This document shows positions 1 to 9,840 of a DNA stretch of 64,000 bases, in pieces; the stretch's first letter is position 1; each line of letters begins with the position of its first letter. A program made the translations under genes and the position numbers. The DNA is from Epithemia pelagica (lineage: Eukaryota; Protista; Bacillariophyta). The notes beneath the pieces are model-generated. The model did no database searches. It had not been told where the DNA came from and was given only the letters and a program-made list of their open reading frames with translations. The DNA is taken from NCBI GenBank assembly GCA_946965045.2, contig OX337240.1, forward strand, positions 1,302,001 through 1,366,000, given 5' to 3'.

Positions 1-597
1 ATTCATTTCTATGGAATGGTATAGTAGTTAAGTAAAGTAGTACGATGAGATTTGTCTGTAGAAAAGTAGCAAAGTAGAATGTTAACAAATAATCAGTGTA
101 CTTAATAGTAACTAAGTAAAGTAGGTGGATAAAATATGTACACTTAGAAGTAGCTAAGTATTCTAAATAACGTTTATTAGTTACTACACAGCTCTGACAA
201 TAGGACGACGGAAAATGACTCGAGAAGAAACCAACATAACAAGGAGAGCCAAACATAAAAGATCGTATGCCACGGTAGCCAAGCCTGTCTGATTGTCTCG
301 AATGCTCAAGTGTGACGGAAGTTGGCTCAGCACGGGGTTGCACTTGTCGGCCATTCAATGGTTGTCGAGCAATGGGTTTCCTGCCCGGTCTCTGACTGGA
401 AACAATGCGAGATGCAACAACCAACTGGATGGATCATTCATGAGGGAGGGAGTGAGGGGGTGTAAGGAGGTCAGGGATTAAGGACCAGCATTCTCACTAC
501 CAAGACTACAGCGCTGTTTCGTGAACCCGCTCGGATCGACCCAAACCAAATGACAAAGTGTCCGGTGTGTTAGATTGAGGGGGGTAAGTTTCATTTG

Positions 598-870
598 TGA
601 CTCCCACAGCAAACGCACCGGTCATTTTCATTGGACATTGGGGCTGCATGGCACAGGACGGGATCAAAAACTCTTCGAATTTGACTCCCACACTATGCTT
701 GCTACGGTGCCCATGCTTCGGAAAATGTATGCTTGCTCTCCAGCCGCACCAGAAACAGCATCTCTTCATATTGTGATATAGTATACACATCTCGACCTGA
801 CTCCCACAACTCTCCAGACAGCTCCATTTCGTGGGACAATTTTTAAAGTGGCACAAACTGAAAGGAGTCA
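598..870 (+). promoter_or_regulatory. Three exact copies of TGACTCCCACA plus an inverted partial copy upstream of the secreted-protein gene
   Basis: Exact 11-mer at 598-608, 682-692 and 798-808. GGAGTCA (reverse complement of TGACTCC) at 864-870. ATG at 905. Confidence 0.5.
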
Positions 871-904
871 CCATAGTGGGATCAAGTGAAAGATACTTTA
901 CACC

Positions 905-1393
905 ATGATCATGAAGTTCTTTGCTTTTTTTGTCGTTGCCATGGCCACCTTTTCTGTCGCTGTGGCCAACATTGGAACTCAGGAGGAGGGCAAGAAGGAT
1001 GATGGCCTATCGGGGATCCGTGTGCAATGTCAAAACGTGGAATGGAGTATCTTGACGCCAACCGAGCAACGCTATGCAGCTACCCAGTTGGAGGATTCGT
1101 TCCACAAGATCCACAGTCAGGCACATGGCATTCCAAAGGAGCTTTCTCATGTGACGTATGCGTCGGATCCTTCGCAAATGGGACCCTTGGTGAACTTGTT
1201 GGTTGGTTTCTGGTGGGAAGGAAATTACGGCTACTTTACAGGTCATGTCGCGTTCAAGCAAGAAACTATGACTTCCACCGAGGATGATGCGACGGACCTT
1301 GCTCTCTGGGAACGTGAATTGGAAATACTTTTGAGCAAGGGACCCTATTCCTCATTGGCTCGTGCCGACAATTGCCACATCGTAATGAATTGA
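905..1393 (+). CDS. Small secreted protein of unknown function (162 aa)
   Basis: ATG 905. Hydrophobic signal peptide MKFFAFFVVAMATFSVAVA, intronless, two Cys. The C-terminal LALWERELEILLSKGPYSSLARADNCHIVM resembles a family of small secreted diatom proteins (from recollection). Confidence 0.8.
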   Translation: MIMKFFAFFVVAMATFSVAVANIGTQEEGKKDDGLSGIRVQCQNVEWSILTPTEQRYAATQLEDSFHKIHSQAHGIPKELSHVTYASDPSQMGPLVNLLVGFWWEGNYGYFTGHVAFKQETMTSTEDDATDLALWERELEILLSKGPYSSLARADNCHIVMN

Positions 1394-1727
1394 ATGAATG
1401 CAAGAAGGAAGCAATGTTAAAAGCACACGAATAAGATACGAGTTAAGAGTAGATGCTCGGCAAGTTGCCTAGAGCCACAAACTTCGAAATGTGACTTTCC
1501 TTGCTCTTCTCAAATGGGAGTATTCCTACGAGAAGAGGAGATAGGAGTACCTAGGAGTATGATTCGTCAATACAGGCCGATAGCTATGTGCTCTGAGATA
1601 AAGTGACCGGTTAAGCGACTGCTTTTCCAATTTTCGCTCTTTCGCCGATGGTGGCAATGGTGCGAGAGATAACAACAGCACGCACACGTTGTCTCTTTTC
1701 ACCAGTATAAGAGCATTGACATACATT

Positions 1728-3134
1728 ATGGAGGTCGAACCTTATCAAATGTGTTGCCGTAAAGAATGCCTCGAACGAGAGCAGTCCAACGAAATTTCGA
1801 TATGGGAGCGACAGCAACAAGAGGATGCCGACAACGAGCAAAGTCGATTTCATCGCTCCACGAAGCATACGTCGGGGTTGAAAAGAATTCAAGGTCGTAC
1901 GAGGCAAGTCATCAAGGCCGATCCCAAACGAGCCGTTCAAAAGTATCGGCGATCTGCTGCAGAGACACCCATGGATCGAGAACATACTGGCCCTTATCGT
2001 TCACCCCATGATTTGAATGTCACGGTGGATTACCTTCTTGCACTCTTGTCCAATCATGGTATCGGTGACACCATGATCGCAAGAGGCAAACCGCTCTCCT
2101 TTCATTCGCTGGTGGAATTTGTGGAAGATCGAATCCGCGCTGTCCAAACCGATTGCGTCAAATGGCAAGGCAAGGCGAACCGAACAAGCCTTTCCGGAAA
2201 CCCCATGGTCATGGTTCAACTACAGGCAAAACTCGTGAGGGCCCATATTCTCGTGCTGTATTTAATGTACGAGCACAAGGGTTATGAAAAAACATTTGGA
2301 AAACGCGCATTGACAACAGCAATTTCTCAATTCTGGAATGAGTTCTACGAGGGATCATTTATTCATGAAGAAATGTTCCAAGAACGAGAAAACAAAAGCG
2401 AATCCTGTCATGCAAATGATAATTTACTTTGTCTTTTGGATGAAATGCTGGTGTATGATGCATTATTTTATCTTCAACAAGAACTATGCGACAAGGATGA
2501 CTCAACGGTCCAAACAGTAGTTATCGGAAATGGAGTGCTGGAGTCGTATCGATCAATGCTGTGTTCTTTTCCATATATTGCAGGGAAGCTTCACAAGCTA
2601 CCCCACTTTCACTGGGCTTTCCAATTGGTGCTGCAAGTTGGTTTGGGCCACTGGTATTCCGTTCTTCAACACTTGTCCATAGCGCCATTGTTCACTGCTC
2701 GTTCCCAACAAACCCATGCTCTGGCAAAGTGTCTTTTGGGACCAACCTTGTCCAAGTTTCGTTACAAAGCTTTGCAGGCGTACAATGTCAGCTGGAGGAA
2801 AGGAGAAAAACTTGTGGACACAGAATTGGCGCGTCTTCTACATATGGATTCCAAGAGCGCTTTACAATTTTCTCGCTCCTGTGGTTTACCCGTGACCGAG
2901 GATACTACCATGGATGGCCACACCACGACCTCGGACAACAATCAAGGCTTTGTCTCCCTCCAAAGTGTGCCCATCCACGCGTTTGAAAATGGACAACACT
3001 CTATCCGGGCAAATGACGCCTTTGTGTTTGACGGGCTGATCCAGCCGGATTCGAGGCATTTGTGGATTATGGACAGTGAAGGCCTGTACATTCCGCCGTC
3101 AAACGTTATGAAACATCTTTTGCAACCTTGGTGA
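1728..3134 (+). CDS. SAC3/GANP/THP3-family PCI-domain protein (SAC3D1-like)
   Basis: Motifs MCCRKECLERE, AVQKYRRSAA, TVDYLL and FVEDRIRAVQTD match the SAC3_GANP domain. First ATG is at 1728 (the track start at 1689 is TTG). Confidence 0.85.
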   Translation: MEVEPYQMCCRKECLEREQSNEISIWERQQQEDADNEQSRFHRSTKHTSGLKRIQGRTRQVIKADPKRAVQKYRRSAAETPMDREHTGPYRSPHDLNVTVDYLLALLSNHGIGDTMIARGKPLSFHSLVEFVEDRIRAVQTDCVKWQGKANRTSLSGNPMVMVQLQAKLVRAHILVLYLMYEHKGYEKTFGKRALTTAISQFWNEFYEGSFIHEEMFQERENKSESCHANDNLLCLLDEMLVYDALFYLQQELCDKDDSTVQTVVIGNGVLESYRSMLCSFPYIAGKLHKLPHFHWAFQLVLQVGLGHWYSVLQHLSIAPLFTARSQQTHALAKCLLGPTLSKFRYKALQAYNVSWRKGEKLVDTELARLLHMDSKSALQFSRSCGLPVTEDTTMDGHTTTSDNNQGFVSLQSVPIHAFENGQHSIRANDAFVFDGLIQPDSRHLWIMDSEGLYIPPSNVMKHLLQPW

Positions 3135-3392
3135 CTCCGTTCTTTGCTTGCTGTTTGGTATTCATGTTGCTCAGGATTGGTCTTGTCGAGTTATTGAGGC
3201 CAACTTATCGAAATCTTGTTGGGGGCTGATGGGGGAAAAGTGGTGCAGATCCGGGTTATTTCTGCACGGGCAGCCTTTCTCCTGGAATTCTCATGGATTC
3301 GGCATATCAGACCATACGGTCGCCATGGTCTCATAAAACATCACATCCAAACATTGCAACCACAGAAAATCAACAGCAAGAGACACTTAAAT

Positions 3393-3866
3393 ATGTTAAC
3401 TGAGCAAAAGCCACCTGTTCCTCCCTTCACATTTGAAACGGCCATCCAAAAGGCTCGCATGGCAGAAGATGCCTGGAATAGTCAAAATCCGGACAAGGTC
3501 AAAATGGCGTACACACCAGACTCTGTATGGAGAAATCGGTCAACATTCTTGAAAGGGAGGGACGAGATTCGAGATTTTCTCCAAGGCAAATGGGAAAAAG
3601 AACAAGAGTACCGCCTAATCAAGGAGGTCTGGGCGTATACAGGAAACAAGATTGCAGTTCGATTTGCCTATGAGTATCACAATGAGCAAGGAGAATGGTT
3701 CCGTGCGTATGGGAACGAGAACTGGGAGTTTGATGAGAATGGCCTCATGGCCTTTCGCCATGCCTCCATCAATGATGTTCCCATTCAAGAGAGCGAGCGC
3801 AAGTTCCACTGGCCACAAGGGCGTCGTCCCGACGACCACCCGGGACTCAGTGAGCTAGGCCTTTAA
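3393..3866 (+). CDS. DUF1348 / SnoaL-like NTF2-fold protein, bacterial-like
   Basis: [46 protein letters not shown] and C-terminal [15 protein letters not shown] are DUF1348 hallmarks. ATG 3393, intronless. Confidence 0.92.
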   Translation: MLTEQKPPVPPFTFETAIQKARMAEDAWNSQNPDKVKMAYTPDSVWRNRSTFLKGRDEIRDFLQGKWEKEQEYRLIKEVWAYTGNKIAVRFAYEYHNEQGEWFRAYGNENWEFDENGLMAFRHASINDVPIQESERKFHWPQGRRPDDHPGLSELGL

Positions 3867-4344
3867 ATGATAGTAGATCTCTACCCCACGTGTATATAGA
3901 GTACTATAGGCTTCTTGTCGTCCCCCAGAGTCCGCGTACGGACAGCCGAACAGAGACGAGTTGGCACGACTTGTCTGCTGTAAGTGACTTGTATTGCCCT
4001 TCCTTTTTTGAATAAGATCTTGTATGTAGCGAGTACGATTTGGAAACCCAAATTTTGTTTATGGATGGCGTGCGCCCTCAATGTTTCATTTAGAGAATTT
4101 CACAACGCCGGCGATGATTGAAATTTCTAACAATTAGGGGTGTATTCTATTGCCCTTTCACAACGGTTCGCTGGCCGCGCTCTTCCACCTGCAACTCCAT
4201 CCAACACCCGCGTTCCAGAGCCAAAATCTACGTGGAATTATACGTAAACGTGGTATCTGCTGTGTTGGACGTGTTTTTCGTACATGCCAAGTCGTACATG
4301 ATCTCGCCTGGCTTTTTCCCCTTTGATGTGGCAATGTGTTTTGC

Positions 4345-4360
4345 GTGTGTGTGTGTGTGT
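4345..4360 (+). repeat. (GT)8 microsatellite
   Basis: gtgtgtgtgtgtgtgt read directly in intergenic DNA. Confidence 0.9.
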
Positions 4361-4927
4361 GAGGAAGGAGGGGAGCGAGACCGGTTTGCTTTCATTAACT
4401 CCAGCCCGTCGGCGCAGTGCGGCTTGACTTTCGCCCTTCTTGCTTGTGCCAGGCTGGTGTGTCTTGAGACCCAGACCGAGCTTATCGAATCGATCAATAC
4501 CGTCATCTAATCTTTCTATCTCTCTGTTGGTTTGTTGCGGTCACTCACAAACAACGGAGGCCATAAGGTTCAGTGGCGTTTGTATTGCCAAGAAAACATC
4601 TACGCTGAGAGGAAGGGATCTTGCTCCGCTCGCGGCGAGGCGACACCACGCCATTTCTTGAGCGTTTGTCTCTCATCCATCGCCTCCTCCACATAATATA
4701 GATCCCCCGTTGGAAACATTGGGTGTGACTTGTTTTTGTGGCGAAACAACAATCCATAGCTAAGGACACGGCAAGCTTTGGAAGCTGCTGACGTCTTTGG
4801 TGAGGGACGCTGCGATAGAGACGTTTTGCGAACAAGGTCTTCCGGGAACCTATTTGATTCTGGTACCACTTTGTGACCCTCCATTTGAATCTCAAGTTAG
4901 TTTGTTTGTTTCAAAAAAATTACAAAA

Positions 4928-7024
4928 ATGAGTGAAGCTGAAGAGCAAGCCGAACCGAAAACTTCCGAAGAAGATGTAGCAGTGAAACAAGAATCGGAAG
5001 AGACAGGACCTGAACAAGAAGGGAAACCTGAAGATGTTGAAGGGGGTGTGCCAGAACAGCAAGATGCTGAAGAACCACAGCATCCACCAGAAGCCTCATC
5101 GGATGATCCTGCTGGCAGTGAAGGAATGCAGGGAGGTGGGGAAATGACATCGGATGCACCGGGCCCTTCCGATGGTGGTGCACCAGAAGGGCAAGCCGAT
5201 GCACCCATGAATACAGAAGAGTACACAAAGACTTCCGAATCCACTGATCCTTCCTCTTCGCAACCTCCTCCAAATTCGACGGTGGAAGGTAGTGATCAAC
5301 AACCTCCTCCAGCTGGAGGAGAAGACACGCAACCACCTTCGGATCAGCCACCGCATCCTCCCTTTGGATCTCCCCCTCATGGAGGAGCAGGAGAGGGATT
5401 TCCTCCACCACCAGGGAAGGACGGGCAAGCTGCTCCTGGAGGGCATCCTACAGCACCCTTCACTCCAGGCCGACCTGGTGCAGAAGGGTCCGATGCCCCT
5501 CCCCCCTACCCACCACCGCCGGGTGGAGACGCTTCACGAGGGGGTGGACCCCCGCCTCCTCCTCATTATCCCGGATATCCTCCTCCGCATGGATCGCCTG
5601 CTCATGGCCACCATGGTTACTATCCACCGCACATGTACCCCCCTCCTCCTCCTCCGCCTGGTGAAGGAAGCGGGTCCTATCCTCCGCGAGGCTACGAAGG
5701 GCAACCTCCCCCACCACCCTATGGATACCCTGGACCTCCTCCTCCTGGCTATCCACCCTACCCGATGCCTCCTTATATGTATTCTCCCTATGGACAACAT
5801 CCGATGTATGGACAACCTCCGCCCCACCATCATCCACACCATCCACCTCCTCATTATCCGTATGGTCCTGGAGGATCATCTGATCCCAGTCGCTATCCGC
5901 CACCCCCGAATCAAGATGATCCCAACGCTCCTCCGCATTATGGCCGACAGGATGGTCGAGGCGATTCTAGAAGAGACGACAAGGCCTCTGGTCCCTACGA
6001 TGACAACGACAAGGTGGCCAAGGGAGGCGACGATGAGGATGATGACGACGGAGAAATGGGCGCGGGTGTCTCGGCGAGATTAAAAACCTACATCAAGCCA
6101 CGCATTCCGTCGACGCAAGAAGTGTTGGATCGGAGAGCACGCAAGAACGCACAATCTCGGTCGCGAGCTTCGAAACTAAGGGGGCGAATTGGTGATATCG
6201 AAAAAAAGGATGCCGAAGAACGCAACGAAGAAGAGCGGCATTTGTGGTCGCAGTACGAAGCTCGCCGTAGAAGAAAAAATGATCGTTCCAGAGAACGAGC
6301 TCTGGAAAAGAAGGAAGAGATTGATCGTATCCTCGCCAAACCTGAGAAGAAGCGGACTAAAATCGAGAAGCAGTTTCTCGAGACCGCCTTATCAGCCAAA
6401 AAACGCAAGAATGAAGGTGATCGTCTTCGAAGACAACGTTTGAAGGAACTTGGACTCTCGACCAAGGGAACTGGCGTCAAGCCAGGTGTCTCGGCCAGAG
6501 GTCCTTTACCACCACAGTATCAGCACTCGACGGCTCCACCCGGCTATGGAGGACACCACATGCCTCCTCCACCACCCGGTAGTGATATTCCCATGTCTCC
6601 GCTCCCTTCGGTTCCCCCACACCATTATGGCCATGCTCCCTATCCGCAATCTCCTGGTACTTTTGGATCTCCTGGATTAATGAATAGGGGATTCTCACCA
6701 CATCGACATGCAACTCCTGGACGACACGATCCTTCCATGCCGTACATGCCCGGTCCACAGACCTACGATGGCCAGTCGCCGGGTGGTCGGCCACTAGGAT
6801 CGCACATGTCGCTTCCCCCTTCGTCTTCACGTGTGGAACAAAGACGGAACCCGGATGGATCCATGAGTATTTCGATTGGTGGATCCAACCAGGGTGGTCC
6901 TTCCTTTGGCGGGGAGGCACCACCAGAAGGGGACAATGTGGCGGACAATGACAACGCCATGATGGATCAGAATGATGGCGAAGGAGATGATGCAGGAGAG
7001 AGGAAAGACGAAGCGACTGGATGA
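4928..7024 (+). CDS. Pro/Gly/His/Tyr-rich protein (698 aa) with a central triple basic helical repeat; putative DNA-binding regulator
   Basis: Long clean ORF with acidic N-terminus and prion-like Pro-rich flanks. The core at 6131-6445 has three RKNxx[SD]RxR motifs 44 aa apart. Confidence 0.8.
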   Translation: MSEAEEQAEPKTSEEDVAVKQESEETGPEQEGKPEDVEGGVPEQQDAEEPQHPPEASSDDPAGSEGMQGGGEMTSDAPGPSDGGAPEGQADAPMNTEEYTKTSESTDPSSSQPPPNSTVEGSDQQPPPAGGEDTQPPSDQPPHPPFGSPPHGGAGEGFPPPPGKDGQAAPGGHPTAPFTPGRPGAEGSDAPPPYPPPPGGDASRGGGPPPPPHYPGYPPPHGSPAHGHHGYYPPHMYPPPPPPPGEGSGSYPPRGYEGQPPPPPYGYPGPPPPGYPPYPMPPYMYSPYGQHPMYGQPPPHHHPHHPPPHYPYGPGGSSDPSRYPPPPNQDDPNAPPHYGRQDGRGDSRRDDKASGPYDDNDKVAKGGDDEDDDDGEMGAGVSARLKTYIKPRIPSTQEVLDRRARKNAQSRSRASKLRGRIGDIEKKDAEERNEEERHLWSQYEARRRRKNDRSRERALEKKEEIDRILAKPEKKRTKIEKQFLETALSAKKRKNEGDRLRRQRLKELGLSTKGTGVKPGVSARGPLPPQYQHSTAPPGYGGHHMPPPPPGSDIPMSPLPSVPPHHYGHAPYPQSPGTFGSPGLMNRGFSPHRHATPGRHDPSMPYMPGPQTYDGQSPGGRPLGSHMSLPPSSSRVEQRRNPDGSMSISIGGSNQGGPSFGGEAPPEGDNVADNDNAMMDQNDGEGDDAGERKDEATG

Positions 7025-7334
7025 GTGTTGAGGGATGGTCGTGGAAGGAAGGGAGAATCTCTGTCTACGAGAAGCCACGGCGGAATCGCCATGCCAGACA
7101 GAGGAGTGTCCATTTGAAAAGTGTTTGTACCTTTGTTGCTAAGATAAGACAGTGGTGTTGGGCAAGGCTTAACCGTAGTGATTAATCGTTCAGTGTTCAA
7201 AGAAGTCAATGTTTACTTGATAGAAAAAAGAGATGATGGGGAACAGCAACAATAGGCAACTAGTCGACCGAATGAGGTTTTCGACGGTCTAAGCATGTGG
7301 TTCGTCCTAGAACGATGAAAAGAAATACATACGG

Positions 7335-8138
7335 TCATTCGTCGTCGTCCATGGATAAATCGATGATTTCGCTTTCGTGTGGTCGCGGGGGTTTGCTCTT
7401 TTTCGAGAAGCGAGGCGTGGCAGTCACATCATCTGTTCTCCCATGAACAATCCGCTCGCCCAAAACCGACTTTCTTGCAACAGTCTTTTTTCGTTTTTTG
7501 CCGACTAAGCCTAGAGTGTGTTCCTTATTTGGCAAGCTGCCACGGAGATTGTCTGATTGCCTCTTCGACTTACTTCTGAGTTTATCAGAGTTTCCTGTCC
7601 AACCATCTCCAATTAAGCTTAAGTCGTTTCTTCCATTATTCTTCTCTGCACTAATGTGTCCACACTTCTCATTCGATGCACTATGAGTGTCTTTCTGTTC
7701 TGCATTTGAAGGAGCAAATCGATCAGGTTCTTGTCGAGCATCTCCCATGTCAATCACTTGTCGTTCGATTGCCTTCACACGTGCTTCCGAATTCTTTGTC
7801 ATTGATCTTATGGGAGACTTTCGAGTTTGGGGGGTTATGCTAAAAGTTTCTGGAGAGCAATAAAGGGAATCCCCCTTTTCCATGATATGATCTTTTGATT
7901 CCCGCTCTTGTTTTCCATCATCTTGGTATTGTTTATGTGACGCCATTGTATGTAAATTGGTGGTGCACTCGAAATCACCCATGTTCCTCACGTAATCTTT
8001 GGCGTCTTCCTTGGTGGCTAGAGACAATAATGGGATTTGTGTCGTTGGAGAACTCCATTGTGCAGCACTTTCACTAGCTGTCATGTGAGAACAGCATTTC
8101 ACGCCTACATATGCCATGTCGCTCTCAGTTGATGCCAT
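7335..8138 (-). CDS. Hypothetical protein with basic NLS-like stretch and C-terminal SUMO-interacting-like motif
   Basis: 267-aa ORF containing GKKRKK and ending EIIDLSMDDDE. Start uncertain (ATGs at 8138, 8117, 8084). Confidence 0.6.
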   Translation of the reverse strand: MASTESDMAYVGVKCCSHMTASESAAQWSSPTTQIPLLSLATKEDAKDYVRNMGDFECTTNLHTMASHKQYQDDGKQERESKDHIMEKGDSLYCSPETFSITPQTRKSPIRSMTKNSEARVKAIERQVIDMGDARQEPDRFAPSNAEQKDTHSASNEKCGHISAEKNNGRNDLSLIGDGWTGNSDKLRSKSKRQSDNLRGSLPNKEHTLGLVGKKRKKTVARKSVLGERIVHGRTDDVTATPRFSKKSKPPRPHESEIIDLSMDDDE

Positions 8139-9303
8139 CGCTGGTGTCGATACTTCCTGGTCGATGTGATCACTGGTAGAAGGGAAGGCAAGTTGGAATT
8201 TTGTCCGGGAGGCTGGTCCAGGTTGTCATATTGCTCGAATCGAACACGGCAACGCTTCGTGGGTATTGGAATGGGAGTCGGTTCATCCCGATGAATATGA
8301 GATTGATGAAACCGAAGGAGTACCAGATTTGGCCGTTGATCCAGATGAACAGACGCTTACGCTATGCAATTTGCGGGAGGATCCTGTCGTTGCTTATATC
8401 ACAGTGTATGGAAACGCACTGAGAGGAAAGAATGGGATTTCATTGAAGCAAGGATCAACCACAGACAAGGAGGGCCAGCAAACTCCATGTACAACGTTGA
8501 TTATTCTATGCCCGGCCTATACGTTCGCACATTTGTGCTATGTGGACATGGATGCTTCTTCTCCGTCGACAGTGATTCAAGACCTACAAATTGATTCCGA
8601 TGTGCAGGTATGGAATCGTCATACCAAACCTGATGATGAGCATGAACAGCCAATTGGGTTCCCTCTTCAGGGTGGGCCTTTCTTATGTACCCAAGGAGAA
8701 GGAGGGCATCTGACTCACTTCTTTGCAGGAAATCAACATGCAATCGATTTTCAGTGTCCCAAAGGGACGCCACTCCTGGCGGTTGGTGACGGAGAGGTGG
8801 TGCAAGCTCAAGACAAACATGAACACCTTTCAGGCATTGCTGTCTCTAACCTGTTTTCGTGGAATTCAATTCTTCTTCGGCTAGATCCTCTACCAAGTGT
8901 GCCTTTATCGTCCTCTCAATCAGGGGGGAAAGAAAAGGCCGCGGCGGACACTGAACACAATGCGACGGTTGTGGACGCATTATTCGTGGAATATGTTCAT
9001 ATTTCCTCTTGTCAGGTTAAGGTTGGAAATCGAGTTTCGAAAGGGCAGATTATTGGAACTTCTGGTGGAATTGGTAAGTAGTACGTGGATGATTTACCTC
9101 CCAAAGTGGAGTTTCCTTACCTTTTCAACCCTCCTTGACCAGGCTTTTCTCCGGAGGACCATCTCCATTTCGCTGGATACAGATCCGCAGATGATAATGC
9201 TGCAACGGTTCGTCTTCGTTTCGAAAAGCAGACTAGCAATGATGGTGAAATTTTCTATCCTCGTGCTGGGACTCGTTACAACTGTCATGGTGAAGTAAAG
9301 TGA
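8116..9303 (+). CDS. M23 (LytM/lysostaphin-like) zinc metallopeptidase-domain protein
   Basis: GGPFLCTQGEGGHLTH...HAIDFQCPKGTPLLAVGDGEV, FVEYVHI, VKVGNRVSKGQIIGTSG. GT-AG intron 9074-9142 (phase 1) restores G-FSPEDHLHF (HxH). Stop 9301-9303. Frame is open from 8170; the 5' end is unresolved. Confidence 0.85.
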
Positions 9304-9840
9304 ATGCCCTTTCTCCACCTCCATCCCCGACTTTTTCTTGGCTCCTTAGCTATTCTTTTCACCTACTCGCTGTTTTCTACGCCATTCATTGGATCCAGTT
9401 CGGCCAGCTAAATCGTGGTTTGCGTGGTACCAAAGATTGCGTTATCGATGAAAGAGATGGCATACTGTTCCCAACTTATTTCGAGCTATTGATGAAAGGA
9501 CCTATTGTTCCATAATCGGTTGAGTTTGCACACAGTATTCAATTCATGGTTCGACTTAATCGCTGACAGCCACTGCACAAAGATAGAACCAGTAAATTGA
9601 AAATATTGATCCTCTGTGAGCACAACACGACGGGATCACAAAGGTCAGAATGTCATTTCATGGGCCGAGTTCCTGTGCATCACGTCGTAAAAACATATGA
9701 ATGACAAAATCCCTTAGTTTAGTTGGATTGACCATCTCGCTCCTTCTCTTTTGTCGCTCGTGATGGACTAGAAAACCTATCAGGCACTAGAATTGTGTAG
9801 CTAGACATGTCGTAAATTGTGTTGGTATATCATGCCATCA

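Noticed and set aside
293-874. Short ORFs near the left edge, possibly a TE remnant
   Set aside because: No RT, integrase or transposase motifs, and no LTR or TIR seen.
5096-6960. Multiple overlapping alternative-frame and antisense ORFs
   Set aside because: Shadows of the GC-rich Pro-rich CDS; no independent motifs.
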